A stretch of DNA of 64,000 nucleotides from Zoogloea sp. (GTDB lineage Bacteria; Pseudomonadota; Gammaproteobacteria; Burkholderiales; Rhodocyclaceae): assembly GCF_041916735.1 (NCBI RefSeq), contig NZ_JAYRYY010000017.1. One strand, written 5' to 3'. The translations under genes were made by a program, and so were the position numbers. The notes beneath the pieces are model-generated. The model saw nothing but the letters and a program-made list of their open reading frames with translations. It ran no database searches and was not told the origin of the DNA. This document shows positions 9,075-18,593 of the stretch, piece after piece (positions within the stretch are counted from its first letter, which is position 1; each line of letters opens with the position of its first letter).

Positions 9075-9620
9075 ATGCCCTGCGAATTGATAATCGGCGG
9101 CGCCCGTTCGGGCAAGAGCCGCCATGCCGAACAACGTGCTGCCGAAAGTGGTCTGTCGGTGCATGTGATTGTCACGGCCGAAGCACTCGACGAAGAGATG
9201 CGCCTGCGCATCGCCCGCCATCAGGCTGATCGGCCTGCCGGCTGGAAGGTGGTGGAAGCACCGCGGGGGCTGGCGGCGGCGCTGACGGCCGAAGCCGCCG
9301 AGGGGCGCTGCGTGGTGGTCGACTGCCTGACCCTGTGGCTGGCGAATCTGCTCGCGGGTGCTGAAAACCTGCCGCCCGGCGCCGATGCAGAGCAGCTTCC
9401 GGCCCTGACTACGGAACGCGCGGCCTTGCTTGGATTGATTCCGACACTGCCGGGCAAGGTTCTATTCGTGGCCAATGAGGTTGGTCTTGGCCTGGTTCCC
9501 GAAACACCCCTCGGCCGGCTCTTCCGGGATGAGGCTGGCCGTCTCAACCAGGCGGTGGCGGCCCTGTGCGATGGTGTGACACTCGTTGCCGCCGGCCTGC
9601 CCTTGAGGCTGAAGGGGTGA
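9075..9620 (+). CDS. cobU: Bifunctional adenosylcobinamide kinase/adenosylcobinamide-phosphate guanylyltransferase
   Basis: GGARSGKSR, DEEMR.RI..HQ..RP..W...E, VVDCLTLW, VANEVGLG..P...LGR.FRD.AG.LNQ. Confidence 0.95.
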   Translation: MPCELIIGGARSGKSRHAEQRAAESGLSVHVIVTAEALDEEMRLRIARHQADRPAGWKVVEAPRGLAAALTAEAAEGRCVVVDCLTLWLANLLAGAENLPPGADAEQLPALTTERAALLGLIPTLPGKVLFVANEVGLGLVPETPLGRLFRDEAGRLNQAVAALCDGVTLVAAGLPLRLKG

Positions 9621-9780
9621 TGCTTCGCCGCACTGGCGTTGTAAATAGTTGGTTGGCATGTTGATGGCAGGGGGTGGAAATAAGTCACATCCAGAAGGTG
9701 TGCCAGCTCACTGCGAACGCCCCTTGGGCAGTGCACCATCGAAGCCATTACAAAAATTTACAGCGGGAGGCGTCGATACC

Positions 9781-10089
9781 ATGGATACCCAGCATCTTGC
9801 CGGCGGCGTAGGCCAGCCTTGCCGGATTGCCCTGCCCTCGCAGCCTGGTAGCGGCGCCACCTGGTATGTGGATTCGTCCGCCAGCCCGCTTCGCGTCACC
9901 CTTGAGCAAACCGTCGATCAACAGGGTGCCCGCCGCCGTGGCAGTCAGGTTTTCCTGGTGGTGGGTGAAGCGCCGGGTGACTACGAACTGCGATTCGTGC
10001 TCAAACGCGCCTGGGAAAGCCAGGTGCGCAACAGCCGGCGAGTCGTCTTTCAGGTGCGCGGTAATGATCGCCGTGGCCTGTGCAGCTGA
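9781..10089 (+). CDS. Protease inhibitor I42 (chagasin)-like protein, divergent
   Basis: G....I.LPSQPGSGATW ... G.Q.F...G..PG.Y.LRF..KRAWE matches the I42 fold pattern (L.SNPTTGY.W ... G...F....G...L.F.Y.RPWE); GGGAGG RBS before ATG 9781. Confidence 0.65.
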   Translation: MDTQHLAGGVGQPCRIALPSQPGSGATWYVDSSASPLRVTLEQTVDQQGARRRGSQVFLVVGEAPGDYELRFVLKRAWESQVRNSRRVVFQVRGNDRRGLCS

Positions 10090-10191
10090 GTTTTCTTGCC
10101 GTGCCGACAAGCTGCCGGTACGTGGGGTGAAGCCGCGCTTGTAATTAACTGTGCTCCGTCCTAGCATCCGCGGCCTTGACCCTGCCTGCCG

Positions 10192-11235
10192 ATGCGCCCC
10201 ATGAACATCTCCATTGCCCGTCCCGATCGTGCCCTTGCGGCCGCTCTCCAGCAGCGCATCGATGCCAAGACCAAGCCTCTCGGGGCACTTGGGCGACTTG
10301 AGGCGCTGGCCCAGCAGATCGGCCTGATCCAGCAGTCCCTCTCCCCCGAGCTGCGCAGGCCGCACATGCTCGTCTTTGCCGGTGATCACGGCGCGGCGCG
10401 TGCCGGTGTCTCGGCCTATCCCCAGGACGTGACCTGGCAGATGGTCGAGAACTTTCTCGCCGGCGGGGCAGCGATCAATGTCTTTGCCCGTCAGGCAGGC
10501 ATGGCCCTGTCGGTGGTGGACGCGGGGGTGGCACGGGATTTCGGCAAGCGCCCCGGGCTGATCGACGCCAAAGTGGCCCCGGGAACCGCCAACTATCTGG
10601 AAATGCCAGCCATGGACGCGACCCGTCGGGATGCAGCCATGGCCCGAGGGCGCGAGCTGGCCCGCGAGCTGGCCGAACAGGGCTGCAACGTGGTGGGTTT
10701 TGGCGAGATGGGCATCGGCAACACCGCTTCGGCGTCACTGCTGACCCACTGCCTGACCTGCGCCGAGCTTGACATCGTAGTTGGCCGCGGCACAGGGCTG
10801 GACGACGCTGGTCTGGCCCGCAAGCGCCGGCTCCTCGCCCAGGCCGTGGCCCGTGGCGGGCGGGTGGCCGATCCGCTGGAAGCCCTTGCCCAGTATGGGG
10901 GTTTCGAGATCGCCATGATGGCCGGGGCCATGCTTGGTGCTGCCGAAGCGGGCATGATCCTGCTGATTGACGGTTTCATCGTTACCAGCGCCCTGCTGGT
11001 GGCCCACAGCCTGTGCCCGGCGATCCTCGACTACTGCGTGTTCGCCCACCGCTCCCAGGAGCCCGGCCACGCCGTGCAACTCGCCCATTTCAACACCGAG
11101 CCCCTGGTCCAGCTTGATCTGCGGCTGGGGGAAGGTACAGGCGCCGCGCTGGTGTACCCGCTGGTACAGGCGGCGGTGAACTTCCTCAACGAGATGGCGA
11201 GCTTCGACTCTGCCGGTGTAAGCGGTCAGGCCTGA
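10192..11235 (+). CDS. cobT: Nicotinate-nucleotide--dimethylbenzimidazole phosphoribosyltransferase
   Basis: [58 protein letters not shown]. Confidence 0.96.
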   Translation: MRPMNISIARPDRALAAALQQRIDAKTKPLGALGRLEALAQQIGLIQQSLSPELRRPHMLVFAGDHGAARAGVSAYPQDVTWQMVENFLAGGAAINVFARQAGMALSVVDAGVARDFGKRPGLIDAKVAPGTANYLEMPAMDATRRDAAMARGRELARELAEQGCNVVGFGEMGIGNTASASLLTHCLTCAELDIVVGRGTGLDDAGLARKRRLLAQAVARGGRVADPLEALAQYGGFEIAMMAGAMLGAAEAGMILLIDGFIVTSALLVAHSLCPAILDYCVFAHRSQEPGHAVQLAHFNTEPLVQLDLRLGEGTGAALVYPLVQAAVNFLNEMASFDSAGVSGQA

Positions 11236-11251
11236 ACCCGATCGGCCACCC

Positions 11252-12025
11252 ATGATCCGCACCCAGATCGAGCTATTTTTCATCGCCCTCGGTTTCTTCA
11301 CCCGTTTGCCGGTACCCGGTTGGGTCGAGTTTGCCCCGGAAAAGCTGGGTCAGGCGGCTCGATTCCTGCCGTGGGTCGGCTGGATCGTCGGCCTGATCAG
11401 TGCGCTGGTATATGGTTTGGCCGTGCAGGTGCTGCCTGTCGACCTGGCGGTCGTCCTCGCGATGGCGGCGGGCATCCGGACCACCGGCGCCTTCCACGAG
11501 GACGGTTGGGCCGACACCTGCGATGGGCTAGGCGGCGGCTGGAACCGCGCGCAGATCCTGGCGATCATGAAGGATTCGCGGATCGGCAGCTATGGCACCA
11601 TCGGCCTGGTCCTGATGCTCCTCGCCAAGTACCTCGCGCTGGTCGATCTGGGCGCTGAGCAGGACTATCCCGTGATCGCCGCCCTGTTGGTGGCACATCC
11701 CCTGTCGCGGCTTACGGCGGTGAGTCTGATGGCCGTTCTCGATTACGCGCGGTCCGACGACAGTGCCAAGTCCGCCACCGTCGCCCGCCGGCCGACTTTG
11801 GCCGAGCTGGGTATCGCGACCCTGGGGGGCGTCCTGCCCTTGCTGCTGCTCGATCCCGTCGAAGCCTTCCTGGTGCTGGTGCTTGCCGCCGTCGTCGGGG
11901 TGCTGGCCATGCGCACCTTTGCCCTCCGGCTGGGGGGCTATACCGGGGACTGCCTGGGGGCCACTCAGCAGGTCGCGGAATTGATCATCTACCTGGGACT
12001 CCTGGGCGCATGGAACTTTACCTGA
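11252..12025 (+). CDS. cobS: Adenosylcobinamide-GDP ribazoletransferase (cobalamin synthase)
   Basis: [42 protein letters not shown]. Confidence 0.96.
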   Translation: MIRTQIELFFIALGFFTRLPVPGWVEFAPEKLGQAARFLPWVGWIVGLISALVYGLAVQVLPVDLAVVLAMAAGIRTTGAFHEDGWADTCDGLGGGWNRAQILAIMKDSRIGSYGTIGLVLMLLAKYLALVDLGAEQDYPVIAALLVAHPLSRLTAVSLMAVLDYARSDDSAKSATVARRPTLAELGIATLGGVLPLLLLDPVEAFLVLVLAAVVGVLAMRTFALRLGGYTGDCLGATQQVAELIIYLGLLGAWNFT

Positions 12026-12561
12026 TCCGCCATCCTCGACCTGAGGTGCCGCCCGGAACCTGCTATGGCCAGCTCGACCTTGGACTCGCGGAATCGCCGC
12101 AGAGCGTAGCCGAGCGTCTGCGTCCGCTGCTGCCCGATACCTATGCCCTCTATGCCAGCCCCCTGCGCCGGGCTCGCCTGCTGGCCGAGGCCCTGGGCAG
12201 TCCCGAGGTGGATCCACGCCTGATGGAAATCCACTTCGGCGAGTGGGAGGGCCGCAGTTTCGACGAGATCGGGCAGGTCGCGCTGGATGCCTGGTCGGCC
12301 GCGCCCCTCGATTTTGCTCCGCCGGGGGGGGAGTCACCCCGCCAGATGGCTGCCCGCGCCCTCGATTTCCTGGCGTGTCTGCGCCAAGCCAACCCGCCGG
12401 CTGCGGTGGTGGTTGCCCATGGCGGCCCCCTGCGTGCCCTGGCCGGCCGACTGCTGGGGCTGCCACCTGAGCACTGGCTGGGTCTGGATTTTGCCTTTGG
12501 CGAGGCGACGCGCCTCGATCTCCACGACTGGGGCACCGTGCTGCGCTGGTTCAATCGCTGA
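12010..12561 (+). CDS. cobC: Alpha-ribazole phosphatase (histidine phosphatase family)
   Basis: LIRHP, CYGQLD.L, SPL.RA, E..FG.WEG, PPGGES, V.AHGG; overlaps cobS. Confidence 0.9.
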   Translation: MELYLIRHPRPEVPPGTCYGQLDLGLAESPQSVAERLRPLLPDTYALYASPLRRARLLAEALGSPEVDPRLMEIHFGEWEGRSFDEIGQVALDAWSAAPLDFAPPGGESPRQMAARALDFLACLRQANPPAAVVVAHGGPLRALAGRLLGLPPEHWLGLDFAFGEATRLDLHDWGTVLRWFNR

Positions 12562-12677
12562 AGGGTGTGGATACACGCCGGGGCGAGCGCGAAGCGCCGG
12601 CTTTCGATGCATCCCGACGCGACTGACTTCCGTGCACGTCATATACTCGGGGTTCCCTTTTTCCAAACCCCTGTGCC

Positions 12678-13517
12678 ATGGACTTTTTTTCCGCCGACGA
12701 CGGCGAACGAATCCATCTCAAGATCTCCGGCCGCGGAACTCCGCTGGTGCTGCTCCATGGCTGGACTTCCACCCACCGGGACTGGAACCCTTTCCTTGAA
12801 GCATTCGAGGCCTGCCACCGGGTCTTTCGCTGGGACGCCCGCGGCCATGGCGGCCATGGGCTCAGGTCCGCCAGCGTGCCGACGGTGGAGCGCATGGCGC
12901 GGGATCTCCACACCTTGCTGGAACACTACGGTCTCGAACAGGCGGTGGTGGTGGGGCACTCCATGGGCGCCCTGACCCTTTGGCAGTATCTCCGTGACTT
13001 CGGCTGCGCCGGCCTGTCTCGGGTGGTCTTCATTGATCAATCGCCCAAGCTGCTTACCGATGCCGGGTGGCAACGGGGGATCTACGGCGATTTCGATCAT
13101 CGTCGCAATGCGCAGTTCATGCGCGAGCTGGAGAGTGACTTCGCCGAAAGCGTCCTGCGTCTGGCGGCCTTCGGCCACAATGAGCGCTCCCGCACCAAAT
13201 ACCTGGAAAACGGAAGCGGCATCGAGACCGCCCGCCAGCGCCTGCGTGCCCTGGACCCACGGCCTCTGATCGACTGCTGGGCCAGCCTCACGGCGGCCGA
13301 CTACCGGGATGTACTGAAGACCATCGCCATCCCCGCGCTGCTGGTGTACGGAGGGGCCAGCAATTTCTACTCCACCGGCACCGCTGAATATGTGCGCGAC
13401 AGCATTCCCAATGCCTTGTTGCAGGTCTATGAAGGGGTCGATCACGCACCTCACCTGTGGGAACGCGCCCGCTTCATCCAGGATGTGCTGGACTTCATCG
13501 CCCAGCCCCCGGCCTGA
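12678..13517 (+). CDS. Alpha/beta fold hydrolase
   Basis: LLHGW, D.RGHG, GHSMG nucleophile elbow, HAPH. Confidence 0.88.
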   Translation: MDFFSADDGERIHLKISGRGTPLVLLHGWTSTHRDWNPFLEAFEACHRVFRWDARGHGGHGLRSASVPTVERMARDLHTLLEHYGLEQAVVVGHSMGALTLWQYLRDFGCAGLSRVVFIDQSPKLLTDAGWQRGIYGDFDHRRNAQFMRELESDFAESVLRLAAFGHNERSRTKYLENGSGIETARQRLRALDPRPLIDCWASLTAADYRDVLKTIAIPALLVYGGASNFYSTGTAEYVRDSIPNALLQVYEGVDHAPHLWERARFIQDVLDFIAQPPA

Positions 13518-13538
13518 GCGCGACTGAGCTGCCCGGTG

Positions 13539-15185
13539 TCAGCCCTGGGCGAGGCGTGCTTTCAGCACCGCCGCTGAGGCTTCCGAAACCACCAGGGTGA
13601 GTTTCATGGTCGCCCGGGTGGCCCCTACGAAGAGTCGGCGCATGGCCTTGTCATCGAGCATGTCGAAATCGATCTCGGTGAAGATCACGCAGGGCGCCGC
13701 CCTGCCCTTGAAGCGCAGCACCGAGTCGATGAGGATGTCGCCCTCGGTCAGTATCGGATTGCCCAGCAGGTCGTAGTGGCCGGTGGGCGCGCGGAGGCTG
13801 TAAGGCCCGAGTCGGGTCAGGGGGCTGAGGGCGGAATGCTCGCGCCCCCGGTAGCTGATCAGGGCAATATGACTGCGCTTGAACCCCAGCCCGATGGCCT
13901 TGGTGATGGCAGCCACCGAACGGCTTACCAGTTCGTCCGGAGTGGCGTAGGTAAGGATGTCCACTTCGGGGCCGGTGAGGGGGCTGCCGGCGACCACCGG
14001 CTCGGCCAGGGGCAGGAGCAGGCGGAAGGTGGCGAGGATGTCCCGCGGGCTGCGGTAGTTGGTGTCGGAGCGCAGGGTCACCCAGCCCGGCAGGGCGGTT
14101 TCGGGACGGCCGTAGAGGTTCTGCAGGGGGTCTTCCAGCCACCAGGCGCGACCATCGGGGCGCAGGAAGCGCAGGAGATTGTCAGCCCAGCCGGCCTGGA
14201 AGTCCTGCCCCTCATCAATGATGATCTCGTCAAAGCGGTCGGTGGCCGAGGGCGCATACCCATCCAGAAAGGCCTCCAGGCGGTCGAACACGCCGGGCTG
14301 GCTGAAATCGGGCACCTGCCCAAAGGCGCGGCTGAGCCGGTCGGCGAACTGGTGGTAGGTGGCCACTTCGCCTCCGGGTGGGGCAATCAGCGCGATGTGG
14401 TCGGCCAGCGGCCGGTTGTAGCACACGTATAGGGGCCGCCGCCCTGCCGCCAGGGCGTCCCGGTAGGCGGCCATCGCCAGTTGAGTCTTGCCCGAGCCTG
14501 CCGTGCCGATCACACGGATGCGAAAGGGCGTGCACTCGATGCGCCGCGCCCATTCAGCGAGGCCACCAGAGAGGCGCGTGTACATGGCATGGGCATCGTC
14601 AACGACCGCATGCACCTCCGGCACCAGTTGCAGCACCTCACCCAGGAATCGATGGACACGAGCCCTGTCCGGCACCGCCTCGCCGTGGTCGGGCAGGATG
14701 GCGCGGATGATGGGCACCAGGAAATCGCGCTTGGTGGCATCGACGATGCGGGCCGGGTCGATGCCTGCGGTGCCGGCCTGCTTCACCCGGTAGTCGGGGC
14801 AGTAAAGCAGAGCCTCCACCGGCACCGCCTCGCCGCCACAGGCGCTCCTCAGGCGGCGGGTCAGGGCATCCACGTTGCGCGCCAACTGCACGGGAACGCT
14901 CTTGTCGCGGTCGGCATAGCGCTTCACCAGCCCTTCCGGCGTCTCCGCCAGAAAGCCGGATTTCTGCTCGATCAACAGCACCTTGCCGGTGGGCCCCACC
15001 ACGGCGAAGTCGATCTCGCCCACCAGGGCGTGATCGGCCTGGGCGATCCGCGTCCAGTGCACACCGTGGTACACGGTGTAGCTGTCGTCCAGCCCATCCG
15101 CGAGGAGGGCGAGGGTTTCGATCTCGCGCAGGGCCGCGCCGATTGCCTTCAGCTCGCGCCAGCCAGCAGGATGAACAAGGGCCAT
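13539..15185 (-). CDS. NERD nuclease domain fused to a compact SF1 (UvrD-like) helicase/ATPase
   Basis: N-terminal EIDF.VV...V.LIEQKSG (PD-(D/E)xK), Walker A GTAGSGKT, Walker B IIDEGQDF, NYRSP, RFKG..A..V and LFVGATRA (UvrD C-terminal). Confidence 0.85.
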   Translation of the reverse strand: MALVHPAGWRELKAIGAALREIETLALLADGLDDSYTVYHGVHWTRIAQADHALVGEIDFAVVGPTGKVLLIEQKSGFLAETPEGLVKRYADRDKSVPVQLARNVDALTRRLRSACGGEAVPVEALLYCPDYRVKQAGTAGIDPARIVDATKRDFLVPIIRAILPDHGEAVPDRARVHRFLGEVLQLVPEVHAVVDDAHAMYTRLSGGLAEWARRIECTPFRIRVIGTAGSGKTQLAMAAYRDALAAGRRPLYVCYNRPLADHIALIAPPGGEVATYHQFADRLSRAFGQVPDFSQPGVFDRLEAFLDGYAPSATDRFDEIIIDEGQDFQAGWADNLLRFLRPDGRAWWLEDPLQNLYGRPETALPGWVTLRSDTNYRSPRDILATFRLLLPLAEPVVAGSPLTGPEVDILTYATPDELVSRSVAAITKAIGLGFKRSHIALISYRGREHSALSPLTRLGPYSLRAPTGHYDLLGNPILTEGDILIDSVLRFKGRAAPCVIFTEIDFDMLDDKAMRRLFVGATRATMKLTLVVSEASAAVLKARLAQG

Positions 15186-15294
15186 GGCTTTGGGTTACAG
15201 TGATTTGCGAACGGGCGCCGCTTAATGGCGCGCCGACCATTCTGTCAGCACAGGCGGCCGTTTGTCATGCCGCCCGCAAAAGGAAGCCCTGCCC

Positions 15295-15759
15295 ATGAAG
15301 ATCCCGACTCTACTTACCCTGCTGACCGGTCTGGCCCTGTCCGCCCCTGCCCTGTCCGACGAAATCGGATGCGTCACCACCACGTGGAAGCTGATCGGCG
15401 CCAATCACAAGGTTTGCGTGGAAGCCTTCAAGGACGCCAAGGTGCCCGGTGTCACCTGCCACGTCAGCCAGGCCCGCACCGGCGGCGTGTCGGGAAGCCT
15501 GGGCCTGGCCCAGGACCCGTCCCAGTTCTCGCTGGCATGTCGCCAGACGGGGCCCATCACCGCACCGGCCAGGCTGCCGGAGAGCGAGGTGGTGTTCTCG
15601 GAAGACACGTCCCTGGTCTTCAAAGAGACCCGCGTCGTTCGCATGTGGGACAAGGCCAACAACACCCTCGTTTATGTTGCCATCAGCCGCAAGCTGATCG
15701 ACGGCGCCCCTGCCAACAGTATTTCCACGGTGCCGGTGATGCCCTGGGGAGGGCACTGA
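15295..15759 (+). CDS. creA: CreA family periplasmic protein
   Basis: Signal peptide; EAF.D..VPGVTC.VS.A..GGV.G.LGLA.D.S..S.ACRQ.GPI; FK...V.R..D...N.LVY...S.KLIDG.P.NSIS.VP. Confidence 0.92.
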   Translation: MKIPTLLTLLTGLALSAPALSDEIGCVTTTWKLIGANHKVCVEAFKDAKVPGVTCHVSQARTGGVSGSLGLAQDPSQFSLACRQTGPITAPARLPESEVVFSEDTSLVFKETRVVRMWDKANNTLVYVAISRKLIDGAPANSISTVPVMPWGGH

Positions 15760-15771
15760 AGCCACACCCCG

Positions 15772-17073
15772 TCAGGCTTCGGTGGCTTCGGGTGGCGGTT
15801 CGATGGGCAGAGTGATGGTGAACGTGGTGCCCTTGCCCACTTCGCTGCTCACCTCGATGTGGCCGTGGTGGCGTTCGACGATGCCCCAGGAGAGGGACAG
15901 GCCAAGGCCGGTGCCCTGGCCCACGGGTTTGGTGGTGTAGAAGGGTTCGAACACCCGCTGTAGATCGGTGGCCGGGATGCCCTTGCCCGTGTCCGTCACG
16001 CTGATCCACACCGCGTCGTCCCCCTTGCGGCCGGTGCGCAGGGTGATCAGGCCCTGGTCTGGGATGGCCTGGGCGGCATTCACGATCAGGTTCATGAAAA
16101 CCTGGTTGAGCTGCGAGCCCAGGCAATACACAGGGGGCAACTCGCCGAATTCCTTGACGACTGTGCAGTGGTATTTGAACTGGTTGCGCGCCATGTTGAG
16201 GGTGGACTCCAGGCCGTGGTGCAGGTCCGCCCAATGCCATTCGGTCGAGCTGGTGTGGGAATAGTCCTTGAGGTCACTGACGATCCGGCGCACCCGGTCC
16301 ACCCCTTCGACTGACTCCCGGAGCAGGGACAGGATGTCCTCGCGCAAAAAGTCGAAGTCGAGCTGGCGACGCTGTGCGGCGGGTTCGGCAAAGGGGGTGG
16401 GGTCCGGCAGGCTGCTCACCGCGCGTTCGTAGGCATCCACCAGGGCCAGCAGATCGCCCACATAAGTCGTGAGCGTGCCCAGGTTGGAGCCCACAAAGCC
16501 CACCGGGTTATTGATCTCATGGGCAACGCCCGCCGCGAGCTGCCCCAGAGAGGCCATCTTCTCGGCTTGCAGGAGTTGCAGCTGTGTCTTTTCGAGCGCC
16601 TGGGCGCCGTGTTCAACCTTGTGCCGGAGGCGCTGGTTGTTGTGGTCCAACATGTCCCGCGCGGCCTTGGCTTCGAGCTGCACCTGGACCCGGGCATTCA
16701 CCACCGCCGCGCGGATGGGTTTGTGGATGTAGTCCGCCGCGCCCAGGGCAAAGCCGCGTTGTTCGCTGTCCTCGTCCATCAGGGCCGTCACCAGGATCAC
16801 CGGGATGTCCCGGGTGGCCGGCGTCTGGCGCAGGCGCGTCAGGACGTCAAAGCCGTCCATGCCCGGCATCATCACGTCGAGCAGAATCAGATCCGGTCGC
16901 GGATCACCGGCGGCGGCCTCAAGGGCCGCCTCGCCACTGTCGGCCGACACCACCCGGATGTGGTCGGGCAGCACGCCCTGCAGCACCATGCGATTGACGG
17001 GCTCGTCGTCCACAACCAGAACGGTGTTCCGGTAAGCCGTGGTGCGATGGGGTGTGCGGTCCATGTGATCCAT
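15772..17073 (-). CDS. Receiver domain + histidine kinase (REC-HisKA-HATPase); start uncertain
   Basis: VLVVDDEP, DLILLDVMMPGMDG, GVAHEINNP, NLIVNAAQA, DTGKGI, FEPFYTTKPVGQGTGLGLS. Confidence 0.9.
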   Translation of the reverse strand: MDHMDRTPHRTTAYRNTVLVVDDEPVNRMVLQGVLPDHIRVVSADSGEAALEAAAGDPRPDLILLDVMMPGMDGFDVLTRLRQTPATRDIPVILVTALMDEDSEQRGFALGAADYIHKPIRAAVVNARVQVQLEAKAARDMLDHNNQRLRHKVEHGAQALEKTQLQLLQAEKMASLGQLAAGVAHEINNPVGFVGSNLGTLTTYVGDLLALVDAYERAVSSLPDPTPFAEPAAQRRQLDFDFLREDILSLLRESVEGVDRVRRIVSDLKDYSHTSSTEWHWADLHHGLESTLNMARNQFKYHCTVVKEFGELPPVYCLGSQLNQVFMNLIVNAAQAIPDQGLITLRTGRKGDDAVWISVTDTGKGIPATDLQRVFEPFYTTKPVGQGTGLGLSLSWGIVERHHGHIEVSSEVGKGTTFTITLPIEPPPEATEA

Positions 17074-17247
17074 GATGAAATTCCACTGCTTCAGCAAATT
17101 GGTGATTATTGTATTTTTGTTAATTTTAGCAATTTGTTGATCTTCCTGCCCGTGCAGGTTTCCCGCGCGGATGCCCAGAAAGCGCCGTTCCGCCATTCTT
17201 TCACGGACGGCCTTCACCCATGTGCTCATCGTGCATTCGGAGCCAGG

Positions 17248-17261
17248 TTGATACCCGTCAA
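17248..17261 (+). promoter_or_regulatory. FNR/DNR-type box upstream of nirJ
   Basis: TTGAT-ACCC-GTCAA, one mismatch to TTGAT-N4-ATCAA, centred about 65 nt before the nirJ ATG. Confidence 0.8.
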
Positions 17262-17319
17262 GGCTGTATGGCCGGGCGGACGCGGACAATCACTCCAGAT
17301 ACTTTCGGAAGGCCAGGCC

Positions 17320-18510
17320 ATGTTCCGTATTTCCAGCTACGTTCGCGAAATTGTTACGCCGACCCCCCTCGGCCCGCGTCGGCATCCCCCTGGGCCGGTG
17401 GTCATCTGGAACCTCATCCGGCGCTGCAACCTGACCTGCAAGCACTGTTACTCCATCTCCACCGACAAGGACTTTGCCGGCGAACTGGATACGGGAGAAG
17501 TCTTTCGGGTCATGGACGATCTGAAGGCCTTTCGGGTTCCGGTGCTGATTCTCTCCGGTGGCGAACCGCTGTTGCGGCCGGACATCTTCGAGATTGCCGC
17601 CCGGGCCAAGGCCATGGGCTTCTACGTTGGCTTGTCATCCAACGGCACGCTGATCGACGAGCACAACATCGATCGTATTGCCGCCGCCGATTTTGATTAC
17701 GTGGGTGTCAGCCTGGATGGCATCCGCGACACCCATGATCGCTTTCGCCGCCTGGAGGGCGCCTTCGACCGTTCCCTCGCCGGCCTGCGCCGCTGCCGCG
17801 ATCTGGGCGTGAAGGTGGGTGTGCGCTTCACCATGACCCAGGACAACGCGGCTGATCTGCCCGGCGTGCTGCAACTGGTGGAGGACGAGGGGATCGACCG
17901 CTTCTACTTTTCTCACCTCAACTACGCCGGTCGCGGCAACAAGAACCGCGCCGACGATGCCCGCCACCAACTGACCCGCGATGCCCTCGAATTGCTCTTC
18001 GAGACCGCCTGGGGCTGCGAGCAACGCGGTCAGGACAAGGATTTCACCACTGGCAACAACGATGCCGACGGCCCCTTCTTTCTGCAATGGGTGAAGCGCC
18101 GCTTTCCCCAGCGGGCGGCCCACATCGAAGCAAAGCTGATGCAGTGGGGGGGGAATTCCAGCGGGGTGAACGTGGCCAACATCGACAATCTGGGCAATGT
18201 GCACCCGGACACCATGTGGTGGCACCACACCCTGGGCAATGTGCGGGATCGCCCCTTCGGCGAGATCTGGCACGACACGTCCGACCCGCTGATGGCCGGC
18301 CTCAAGCAGTCGCCCCGCCCGGTGAAGGGGCGCTGCGCCGACTGCCGTTTCCTGGCCATGTGCAATGGCAACACCCGCGTGCGCGCCCAGCAGCTGACCG
18401 GCGACCCCTGGCAGGAAGACCCGGGGTGCTACCTCGACAACGCCGAGATCGGCGTGGCCCGGGGCGAGCGCCTGGAGGTGAAGCCCTGGGTACGCCTGCA
18501 ATCCGCCTGA
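17320..18510 (+). CDS. nirJ: Heme d1 biosynthesis radical SAM protein
   Basis: MFRIS start, PPGPVVIWNL.RRCNL.CKHCYS (CxxxCxxC), FYFSHLNYAGRG, QWGGNSSG.NVANIDNLG.VHPD, C-terminal SPASM cysteines. Confidence 0.95.
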   Translation: MFRISSYVREIVTPTPLGPRRHPPGPVVIWNLIRRCNLTCKHCYSISTDKDFAGELDTGEVFRVMDDLKAFRVPVLILSGGEPLLRPDIFEIAARAKAMGFYVGLSSNGTLIDEHNIDRIAAADFDYVGVSLDGIRDTHDRFRRLEGAFDRSLAGLRRCRDLGVKVGVRFTMTQDNAADLPGVLQLVEDEGIDRFYFSHLNYAGRGNKNRADDARHQLTRDALELLFETAWGCEQRGQDKDFTTGNNDADGPFFLQWVKRRFPQRAAHIEAKLMQWGGNSSGVNVANIDNLGNVHPDTMWWHHTLGNVRDRPFGEIWHDTSDPLMAGLKQSPRPVKGRCADCRFLAMCNGNTRVRAQQLTGDPWQEDPGCYLDNAEIGVARGERLEVKPWVRLQSA

Positions 18511-18593
18511 CCGACCGGGACGAATTCATTCGTCCGGGGGCGCTGATCGACGGACAGAGGGCGGATGAATCCGCCCCAACGAGGAATCACAAG

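Noticed and set aside
12565-12640. Fourth near-match to the ECF promoter (TGCATCC-N16-CGTG, 12608-12634) upstream of the alpha/beta hydrolase
   Set aside because: The -10 element is mismatched, and TGCATCC is also one arm of an imperfect hairpin with GGATACA (12570-12576) that looks like a REP remnant; worth testing but not supportable.
16519-18593. Long ORF extensions (16519-18510 and 18087-20153) upstream of nirJ and nirN, plus many long antisense ORFs throughout the window
   Set aside because: Shadow frames and false N-terminal extensions typical of high-GC DNA; they overlap well-supported genes and lack family motifs. True starts were set from RBS and motif positions.
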